From: Eremomyces bilateralis CBS 781.70
Taxonomy: Eukaryota
Assembly: GCA_010015585.1 (NCBI GenBank)
Contig: ML975159.1
Length of the DNA stretch: 20,000 bases
Strand: one strand, 5' to 3'
The notes beneath the pieces were generated by a model that made no database searches, was not told where the DNA came from, and saw only the letters and a program-made list of their open reading frames with translations. The translations under genes and the position numbers were made by a program. Below are positions 11,715-20,000 of the stretch, one piece after another (the first letter of the stretch is position 1; each line of letters opens with the position of its first letter).

Positions 11715-12185
11715 CCTCCGGGGTGGATAAAATTGAATCGCGTTTCTTGGCAGTTTTCTACACATCACCACCCTCCACCGAAGACAGTCTGTGTAGGCAC
11801 CTTGCATGCAGTCAATTCGCTCAAAAACAGCATAATATTGAAATTAGTATATATTCCTTAATTAGCCAATTACCATAGATCTGTTTTGATGAACTCTCCG
11901 CCGCGCTCAACGAGCATCTGGCAGCGCAGCGGCATCTCTGCCATTCGCGCCCGAATCTCCTCCATCGTGATCTTTTCCCACTCCTCAATCAAGATCTGTT
12001 TGAGCTCGTCCAATGACTCCCATAACCTGCATTTTATACGCTGTTTAATGAAACCCCAAATTGCCTCAATTAGGTTGAGATCGGGGGATTGCGCTGGGTG
12101 CTTCAATCGATGATAGAAGATTGTACAGAGAGTTGGGGTAGATCGAATGCCAAGAAATGCGATTCAATTTTATCCCCCCCGGAGG
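11715..12185 (-). mobile_element. 471-bp non-autonomous, internally deleted Tc1-type DNA transposon
   Basis: 38-bp terminal inverted repeats at 11715-11752 (CCTCCGGGGTGGATAAAATTGAATCGCGTTTCTTGGCA) and 12148-12185, 2 mismatches. Flanked by AGA (11712-11714) and AGA (12186-12188). Carries a Tc1 transposase C-terminus. Confidence 0.88.
11870..12106 (-). pseudogene. Tc1-family DDE transposase C-terminal fragment
   Basis: HPAQSPDLNLIEAIWGFIKQRI...LKQILIEEWEKIT...MPLRCQMLVERGG matches the Tc1 SPDLNPIE..W motif and typical tail. The N-terminal part is deleted, leaving only ~40 bp to the other TIR. Confidence 0.88.
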
Positions 12186-12624
12186 AGAGCTCAAATCAGG
12201 CCAACTGTGGTTGACAATAGCACAAATTGGAGTGCGAAGTCGCCTGTCATACCCGAGGACGACTTGATGAGGGTCTTTATGCTTTCCACGGTGGGGGAAA
12301 ATGACTGCGGTCGGTCAAGTGACGGTACTCGGGATACGGATCCGATTTGTGTGAGATAAATAGCGGTTTCGCTCAATCAGGTGATTAATGCAGCGAAACG
12401 GTGGGAAAACCCCGTTAGATTCCAAAAGAGCGTAGATAGATTGAATTTGATCCTAAAGAGCCGGATCCTACGAAAACAGGCTGTTCTTGCAGCTATTTTA
12501 TATGGTTTACAATGGTGATCTTTTCCCTAAAAAGGGAAAGAATAGGGATAGAATCGAATATGGATACGGAATGAAGCCGTGGGGAAACGCCAAGAAACAC
12601 AGATATTCTGTGACAATTTGTACG

Positions 12625-13224
12625 GTGGTCCCATAGATTTGGCGGCCACAGTTTGTCAACCCGGGCGATCAATGGTTTCCTGGTCCGTATGCTAAAGCAC
12701 TATACGAGGGGATGGATGTATCTATCGGGTAAAACGAGGTTCTAACGCACGTATACCATCCTCGATTTCCACTCAATTCGGTCCCGAGAAAACTTGGGTG
12801 TTTGCCTGGGGAATATCCGTGTCACAGGAAAATTACCTTAGCTATATCTGCCCTTCTACTAGCTTCCTAGTAGGGGCGTCCCTTTTTGGGGATTTAGCTT
12901 AGTTGGTTACATTTGACAATCCGCGCGTATTGCGCGGGACCATTCCCGGATCCCAATAACCTAAGATGGATGTACATGGGTGTAGGTGCGAGAAAGACAC
13001 CGAGATTAACAATAAAGCAGCTGGAATCATCGGCGAACGGGGTACCCTGGAGTTCTAAGTATAATCCTATACTGGTGATCGAAACGGGCAACTTGGTTAG
13101 GAAAGCCAAGGCGTGGGACTGCGAGAACGCGAGTGAGCAGTGTGCAAACTCCTTCGGAGAGCGTGCGAGAAGTCCTCGGTAAGTGTACTCTGTGGCGCTT
13201 GGGTCATCCCAAGCAAAAATGGAG
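12625..13224 (-). pseudogene. HET-domain gene pseudogene, 3' segment (downstream of the Fot1 insertion)
   Basis: Starting at the TA target it reads (DY)SIFAWDDPSATEYTYRGLLARSPKEFAHC...SITSIGLYLEL...AQYARI, the usual continuation after LQEEIMK in this HET protein class. The same frame continues through several stops (MVYVR*..LWPPNLWDH). The 3' limit is approximate. Confidence 0.75.
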
Positions 13225-13226
13225 TA

Positions 13227-15082
13227 AGTTCAACCCCCTGCTTCCTGCGCAACCCCCAAGCTGCGCAGTTCCACCAATTCGCTCAAGAGCAGCATCTTTT
13301 ATACTACCTACATTGAAAACGCGTTCAATCTACCAAAACCGTGTACTTTTTAAAATTAATTCCATTTCCTAATATGGCAACTCATGATGAACGAATATCA
13401 GGTGCTTTACACGCAATTTCTAGTGGCGAGACCAACTCCATCAGAGATACAGCCAGACTGTTTGAAGTTAACGAATCTACCCTCCGCCTTCGCCTTTCCG
13501 GCTCAAAATCTCGGTCTATCGCCCAACAGGATGCCCAACGCCTTACACCGGCTCAGGAGGCCTTTCTGACCGATTGGATCTTGGATTCAGATGCACAAGG
13601 ATTTGCACCAACCCACGCACGCGTGCGGGAAATGACATCGCGAATCCTCGACCTACAGACCGAAGAAACCCCCCTCGGCAAGAATTGGGTTACCGGTTTC
13701 CTCCGCCGTAACCCACGCGTTAAACCTTGCTTAGGCAAGAAGCTCGATGCTGTACGACATAAGGCTTCAACGGAAGAGGTGATCACGCGGTTTTACGAGC
13801 ACTTTCGTACGGTGGTAGCCGACCATGACGTTTCCGCAGACGATACATACAATATGGATGAGGTTGGGGTCGGAATTGGTATAGGAGCGAATTCTATTGT
13901 GATCGCAGACTCACAGAAGTCCGTTACGACATTGGTGGGACAGGAGACGCGTGAATGGATATCAATTGTTGAGACAGTCTCTGCGACTGGGCGGGCGCTG
14001 AACCCGGCCGTGATCCAGAAAGGCGCTTCCCTCCAGAGCTCCTGGTTTCCGGAAAACGCGCCAAATTGGTATTACGACGTGTCGCCGAACGGATGGACCT
14101 CGAATGAGATCGCTGTAAAGTGGTTGCGCGAGGTATTCCTCAAGGAAACCGCGACGAATCGCCAATACCGGATATTGGTACTCGACGGGCATGGGAGCCA
14201 CGCGACGATCGATTTTCTGTATTTATGCAGGATTAGCAAGGTGGTGGTAGTCTTCCTACCTCCTCATACCTCCCATATCCTTCAACCGCTGGATCTTGCC
14301 TGTTTTTCACCGCTGAAACGATTCTACAAGGCTCTTCTTCGAAATGCAGCTTATATCGATAACGCGATACCGATTAAGCGCAGGAAATTCATCGTATTAT
14401 ACGCAAAAGCCCGTGACAATAGGCTCTCTCCTCGTACGATTCGCTCAGGATGGAAAGCTGCAGGTCTCGTCCCATTTAACGTGGAGAAGGGCCTCCAGAA
14501 CCGGTTCGTTAACCGGTCGGTCCTACCACCGCCGCCATCACCCTTATCACCCACATCACCGACCCCACGGCCTACCGGGACGCGTCAGACGATACTTTTC
14601 TCTACGCCCGTCAAGCCTAAACAGGTTTACAGTACCTTAAAGGCAATGTCGGGCAATAATCGCGTGGGCAAAGGCACGCAGAGGATTCTCAGAAAGGCGG
14701 CGAAGGCTATCGGCATATTTCAGACCCGCCAGGCTCTATCTGATGCCAAAATCGCGCATCTAGAAGCTCGCCTAGAGACTGCTCTAGCACCTAAAAGGAA
14801 AAAGAAGGTCCAGGTAGACCTGAATGAGCGATTCGCACGGGTTGAGGAGATCAAGGCTGCTCAGGTCCAGGCCGCGACTGCGGTAGAGGACTACCAACGC
14901 AAAAACACGGAAGTTGACCTCGTAAAAAGGTCGAAGGATCTCTCTACACTTAATTCTACCTCTTGCTTAAACGAATTTCAAATATAATGTACTTTGGTAG
15001 AGATATAGAGTCTCAAAGAGGTTTTGCCCAAATGGTGGAACTGCGCAGCTGGGGGGTTGCGCAGGAAGCAGGGGGTTGAACT
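13227..15082 (+). mobile_element. Full-length Fot1/pogo-type DNA transposon, 1,856 bp, TA target duplication
   Basis: 50-bp TIRs at 13227-13276 (AGTTCAACCCCCTGCTTCCTGCGCAACCCCCAAGCTGCGCAGTTCCACCA) and 15033-15082, 1 mismatch. TA at 13225-13226 and 15083-15084. One intact transposase ORF. Confidence 0.96.
13374..14987 (+). CDS. Fot1/pogo transposase (HTH_psq-like, CENP-B-type HTH, DDE_1), 537 aa from ATG 13374
   Basis: SIRDTARLFEVNESTLRLRL; LTPAQEAFLTDWI..GKNWVTGFLRR; catalytic motifs YNMDEVG, LVLDGHGSH, PPHTSHILQPLDLACFSPLK; NLS-like PKRKKK. No stops or frameshifts. Confidence 0.95.
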   Translation: MATHDERISGALHAISSGETNSIRDTARLFEVNESTLRLRLSGSKSRSIAQQDAQRLTPAQEAFLTDWILDSDAQGFAPTHARVREMTSRILDLQTEETPLGKNWVTGFLRRNPRVKPCLGKKLDAVRHKASTEEVITRFYEHFRTVVADHDVSADDTYNMDEVGVGIGIGANSIVIADSQKSVTTLVGQETREWISIVETVSATGRALNPAVIQKGASLQSSWFPENAPNWYYDVSPNGWTSNEIAVKWLREVFLKETATNRQYRILVLDGHGSHATIDFLYLCRISKVVVVFLPPHTSHILQPLDLACFSPLKRFYKALLRNAAYIDNAIPIKRRKFIVLYAKARDNRLSPRTIRSGWKAAGLVPFNVEKGLQNRFVNRSVLPPPPSPLSPTSPTPRPTGTRQTILFSTPVKPKQVYSTLKAMSGNNRVGKGTQRILRKAAKAIGIFQTRQALSDAKIAHLEARLETALAPKRKKKVQVDLNERFARVEEIKAAQVQAATAVEDYQRKNTEVDLVKRSKDLSTLNSTSCLNEFQI

Positions 15083-15084
15083 TA

Positions 15085-15602
15085 GTCTGGATGTTTTCAT
15101 GATCTCCTCTTGCAGTTGAAGGAATGCTTTTGCTCCTTCCCCATAAAGCAAGGGCATGTTGACACCAAAGAGTCCCATCAGAAGGTAGGCCATATCTTCA
15201 ACCTTGGTCGTTGTGCGGTGCGCTGCCCAACTCATCCTCTGCGCTATGCAGGACGCACTAAGTTCGCGACCGTAGAGCACATCCACATTTATCTTTGTCA
15301 CTCTATGGATCTCGTGAACAAGTCGGTTTTTCGTCCTAGAAGGGACCAGTCTTTGGCAAAGAAGTGGATTTCGCCGGGCGCAATGAGTTCTTGCAAGGTC
15401 CAGCCTCTCGTCACCCAGCGGCTTCGAGAGAGAGATATTTCGAAATACTCGCTCCCTGGGTGATCCGCCGGATACGCTGGAACATCGGCAAGGTAGGCAA
15501 CGCACAAGGCTCCTTGCTTGTACCATTGAAACATGGAGTTGATGCCTCTGACAGCTCGGCACTGCTGGACTTGTCGATGCAGATGAGATCAACCTAGGCG
15601 AA
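15085..15602 (-). pseudogene. HET-domain (heterokaryon incompatibility) gene pseudogene, 5' segment; N-terminus missing
   Basis: FA*VDLICIDKSSSAELSEA/INSMFQWYKQGALCVAYLADV..SRWVTRGWTLQELIAP..FFAKDW/..IAQRMSWAAHRTTTKVEDMAYLLMGLFGVNMPLLYGEGAKAFLQLQEEIMK. W changed to TAG at 15596-15594; frameshifts near 15545, 15320 and 15088. Confidence 0.9.
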
Positions 15603-15801
15603 CATACCCAGCACGTTCTCTTGATGGGTTAATTAAACCCTCTCACCAACTGAGCTCCATTCCCTTTGCGCAATACTACGATTTGCCGCCAGACAAAAGT
15701 AGAAAAATAATAAAAGCATAGCCATTTCTCGGGGCATTCCGTATGGATATATATAAGGCTAAGTAGTTATAATTTGCGGTCGAGTCAATCTGGCCGTCGT
15801 C

Positions 15802-16607
15802 CCAAACAGGCCTCACCTGAAGCCCCACCACGCAAAAGACCGCCTCCGGTTTACCCACGAATTCCTTAAATTCGACTTCTCCCGGACCTACTCTACGGAC
15901 GAGTGCTCGTATGAGAAGGGGGCGGGCGGTAAGCAGGTATGGGTATGGCGCCTGTACCACGAAGCGTATGAACCGCGAATGATAGAGCCAAAGACGGCAG
16001 GGAAGGCGATTTCGCAGATGATTTGGGGCTCAATTTCGCGTGATGGGCGATCAGATCTGGTGATCATGGACCGCGACGAAACCTCCGCAAGACAGGGCTA
16101 TTCCGCGAAATCCTACATCGCTGCATTGGAGGAGGGACTCCTCCATACGTACGAACCCGGGATATTGTTATCCAGGATAACGCAAAGGTCCATACGGCCA
16201 AAATCACCCAAGAATGGCTGGAGACGCACGGCATCTGGGTCATAGATTGGCCGGTCAATTCCCCAGACATCAACCCCATTGAACATATGTGGCATCTGTT
16301 GAAAACCAAGGTCCTAGAGCTCCACCTTGAATTAAAGATGATGGGCGCCTAGGAGGAGGCACGGGAGGCCATGAATGCGGCGTTAAAGGAGACGTGGTGG
16401 GCGGTCCCTTGGGAGACAATCCGAGATCTGATCGACTCAATTCCGCGACGTCTACAGGCAGCAATCAAGGTAAAAGGGTGGCATACGAAATATTAGATAT
16501 TTTCCAATTAAGCAATCAAAAAAGTAGACTGAATTTGCGTATGTACGTGTTTTTCAGCGTATCTCAAGATACAGTGTATGGCGATCGAATTTAGTGATTT
16601 TCGGGGG
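15802..16607 (+). mobile_element. 5'-truncated Tc1-type (DD34E) transposon relic with a putative right end at 16607
   Basis: PNRPHLKPHHAKDRLRF..YSTDECS (first D at 15898)..MIWGSIS..; frameshift ~16169; IQDNAKVH..DWPVNSPDINPIEHMW (34 residues between D and E); internal TAG at 16350; ends KGWHTKY* at 16496. Sequence 16581-16607 resembles the TIR of the 11715-12185 element. No left TIR found. Confidence 0.85.
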
Positions 16608-17033
16608 TGTGCCCAGAGTCGTGATGACTGCATACGATCATTAGGGTCTGAGCGCTTCGGTTTGGATCACAATTCACAAAACTTAATGAGATTGGCGGAA
16701 CAATCTGATCGGAACGCCTCATCACTTGTGATTCGACGACATGCTTCGGCAACAGCCATAGTTCGGTCCAACCGACCAGCTTAGCGCCTGCTTAGCGCCA
16801 GAGCACGGTCAAATCGCAGACACGAGGCTGAGACCGTGGACAGGGCACTGTGGAGTGACCGGAATATACGCAGCCTTGGGCCAGAACTTATAATGGCCTT
16901 TCTCTGCCGCTACGGTCGTCGTCCTTGTTCTTCAAGGGCAACTCAACTCTCGCTTCTTCGTTAACGTAGGCAAACCGCACAACCTGTCATTCCACCCGCC
17001 CATCTGCCGGCCTGGCGCGCTTCCCTCCACACC

Positions 17034-20000
17034 ATGGCATCCCTCAACTCTCTCGACAGCCCCGACTCCTATGCGGTCGCCTGGATCGCAGCTCTTCACA
17101 TCGAGCGGGCCGCTGCAGAAGCGATATTCGACGAGGAACATGCGCCCCCAACTGGCTTCGCTAGGCACCCAACCGACGCGAACCGTTATACATGGGGTCG
17201 TATGGGAGAGCACAACATCGTTATCGTCTCTCTTGCCGCCGGAGACTATGGAACCACCTCGGCTACGACTACAGCCTCGAGCCTGCTTGCCTCTCTGCCA
17301 TCCATCCGTGTTGGTCTTCTGGTCGGCATAGGCGGCGGCATCGCACGACCGGACGATGACTGCGATATCCGGCTCGGCGATATTGTCGTGAGCCAGCCCG
17401 ATGGGACCACAGGCGGCGTCTGCCAGTACGACCTGATCAAGGCAAAACCTGGTGACAGGCGTGAGCGCAAAGGCTTCCTCGGACGGCCTCCGACGGTCCT
17501 CCTCAACGCGCTTGCCAGCATCCGGGCCGATCACGAGCGAAAAGACTCCAAGGTTCCCTGCTTCCTTCAACAGATGTTAGAGAAGTACCCGAAGATGGGC
17601 AAGAGATCCAAGACAAGTCCTGGCTATGCTTACCAGGGCTTCGACAACGATCGCCTCTTTAAAACTTCTAGTGGCCATGTCTCCGGGCCGGACTGTCGGG
17701 GCTGCGACGCGGCTGGCGAGGTTCAACGCGATCCTCGAGACACCACCGACCCCGATATCCACTACGGGACCATCGCATCCGGTAACACGCTGGTCAAAGA
17801 CGCCGCTGCGCGCGATCGGATTGTTGCCGACGTCGGCGAGGATTGTATCTGCTTTGAGATGGAAGCAGCCGGCCTGATGAACCTCTTTCCTTGTCTTGTG
17901 ATCCGAGGGATCTGCGACTATGCCGATTCCCACAAGAACGATCGATGGCAACGCTACGCCTCGGCCACCGCCGCTGCGTATGCTAAGGAGCTCCTGGCGT
18001 ACGTGCCGGTTGCGGAGGTCCAGGAGACCAAGAAGGCGCTGGAAATGCTTCAATCAGGTTAGTGATCTATATCCTCCGACAGGGCCCTGGCCTGGCGAAT
18101 AAACACGGAGGAGTAATAATCTCACGTCGAGCACATTCTGACCTGCCTTAGTTGAACAAAAAATCGATAGTATGCAGCAGACCATAGGTGTAGCGAAAAT
18201 AGCCACTGATTCCATCCAGGCCGACCTTCGTACCGATAAGATCAAGCGCTGGCTTCGCCCCTCCGATCCGTCTATAAACGCCAACCACGCGCGGGAGCTC
18301 CGCCATGAGGGGACAGGTGCGTGGCTCCTAGAAAACCCGGCATTCCAGGAGTGGCGCTCGGGGTCGCGTCGACATTTGTGGTTGTATGGTCTCGCGGGAT
18401 GTGGAAAGACGGTTCTTAGCGCAACTGTGCTGGATCATCTCGAGAAGGGAAACGACCGTCTTATCCTCAGCTTCTTCTTTGACTTTGGCGACGCGGAAAA
18501 GCAGACTGTGAATGGCATGCTGCGGTCGCTTGCTTTCCAACTCTACCGAGGCCGCGGTGCCTCTGCAGGTGTTCTTGACGCCTCATTCCAAGCACACCAG
18601 GGTGGCCGTGACCAAATTGCGACAAAGGCGCTCTCGGATGTTTTATTCAAGATTCTCGCAGTCGAGGCGAAGGTCTCTATCGTTCTGGACGCCTTGGACG
18701 AGTCGACAACTAGGCGCGAACTACTCCTCTGGATCAAGGACGTAGTTTGCAGGCCAGAGCTGGGCCACGTCCAGTTGATTTGTACCGGTCGGCCTGAAGC
18801 CGAGTTCCTGCACGACATGCCTTCGTCGATAGGCGACGAAAACCGCTTAGCACTCGATAAGCAGGCTGTTAACGCCGATATCCGATCGTACGTCGCAGCA
18901 CAGCTTTCGCAACGACGTGACTTTCAGGACATGCGCCTGTCACAGGATCTCCTCGAGCTGATCCTCAGTAAGGTTGGCGGGGGCGCCGACGGGATGTAAG
19001 TTTTGGCCCAATTCTTCCGTGTCCTGACCGTTTTTCTGAGATGCATCACAGGTTCAGATGGGCAGCCTGTCAATTAGACAGTCTTGCCAGATGCCCGAGT
19101 CCCATGGCTATCAAAATCGCTCTCGATCATCTACCGCAGGACCTGAAAGAGACGTACAAGCGAATGCTCTACAGCATCCCGAAAGACCGCAGGAACAGTG
19201 CTGTCCGCCTATTACAGTTTCTCGTCCATACCCGTTGGCCTTTAACGGTGCTGGACGCCATGGAGATTATCGCGACAGACATAGAGAAGGATCCACCGCG
19301 TTTCGACGTTGACGGGAGAGTGTTTCGTGAGGAAGAATTTCTACGGCACTGTCCTAGCCTTATCTCCATCGTTCTTGGGTATAGAGACGGCAGGACCATA
19401 AAGGAGTTACATCTTGCCCACTTTTCCGTCAAAGAGTACCTTCTTGGGGAGAATAAGTTCAAGATTCCGACTGCCAGCATTTCCATCACGAAGACATGCT
19501 TGACATATCTTACGGACATCGATGGTAGCCACCAAAATATCAAACAGGATTTTCCGATGGCAAGATTTGCGGCGAAAGTCTGGACAGGCTTTGCTGCGTT
19601 GGCTCAGGTTTCAGAAGATATAGTTCGAGCGACTAACAGGTTCATAGAAGAGGAAGTGACGTTCCAACGATGGGCTCGCTTGTATCAGGCTGATACGGAT
19701 TGGGACGCTGACCCAGGTCCTCCACGAGGTTCCAAGCTCTACTATGCTTGCTTCGTTGGGCTCGTAGCGCCTGCGCGATATCTTATCGGCAAGGGAGCAG
19801 ATGTCAATGCCCAGGGCGGCGAGTACGGCAACGCTCTCCAAGCCGCCTCATCAGGAGGCTATCAGGAGATTGCCGCCCTGATCTTAGACAAAGGAGCAGA
19901 TGTTAATGCCCAGGGCGGCAAGTACGGCAACGCTCTCCAAGCCACCTCAGCAGGAGGCCATCAGGAGATTGCCGCCCTGCTCTTAGACAAGGGAGCAGAT
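17034..20000 (+). CDS. Fungal NLR-like protein: PNP_UDP (nucleoside phosphorylase/PFS) effector, NACHT NTPase, ankyrin repeats; 3' end outside window. Exons 17034-18057, 18152-18995, 19052->20000
   Basis: PNP_UDP motifs VAWIAALHIE, LLVGIGGG, IRLGDIVVS, CFEMEAAG, VIRGICDYADSHKN. NACHT: HEGTGAWLL, P-loop GLAGCGKT, Walker B IVLDALDES, GADGM/FRWAACQLDSL, LAHFSVKEYL. Ankyrin: GADVNAQGGEYGNALQAAS. Introns 18058-18151 and 18996-19051 keep the frame open to the window end. Confidence 0.94.
19791..20000 (+). repeat. 99-bp tandem ankyrin-coding repeats with high internal identity (2 full units plus start of a third)
   Basis: Units start at 19791, 19890 and 19989. Units 1 and 2 match at 92 of 99 nt. 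Confidence 0.92.

Noticed and set aside
14978..15592. 204-aa ORF as an intact gene
   Set aside because: It is a chimera of an out-of-frame region, one frame of the frameshifted HET pseudogene and read-through into the Fot1 TIR.

Overview
Fungal (filamentous ascomycete-type) genomic DNA, judged from short GT-AG introns with CTRAC branch points. The window has two parts. Positions 1 to ~10,300 are a compact core block of five spliced genes: MET13-type methylenetetrahydrofolate reductase (-, 3' end outside the window), an intracellular YicI-like GH31 alpha-xylosidase (+, with XlnR- and CreA-like promoter sites), very-long-chain 3-oxoacyl-CoA reductase IFA38 (-), ERG28 (+) and GAL7 (-). Positions ~10,400-20,000 are an accessory block: an SRPK-like kinase pseudogene with RIP-type stops, a 471-bp internally deleted Tc1-type element flanked by AGA/AGA rather than TA, a HET-domain pseudogene split by an intact 1,856-bp Fot1/pogo transposon, a second decayed DD34E Tc1 relic, and an apparently intact PNP_UDP-NACHT-ankyrin NLR-like gene running off the right edge. 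Best novelty candidates are the possible Tc1-type family with CC...GG ends and a non-TA 3-bp target duplication, a uORF/leader-intron arrangement upstream of MET13, and the HET/kinase/NLR island. All calls come from manual reading; no database search was run.
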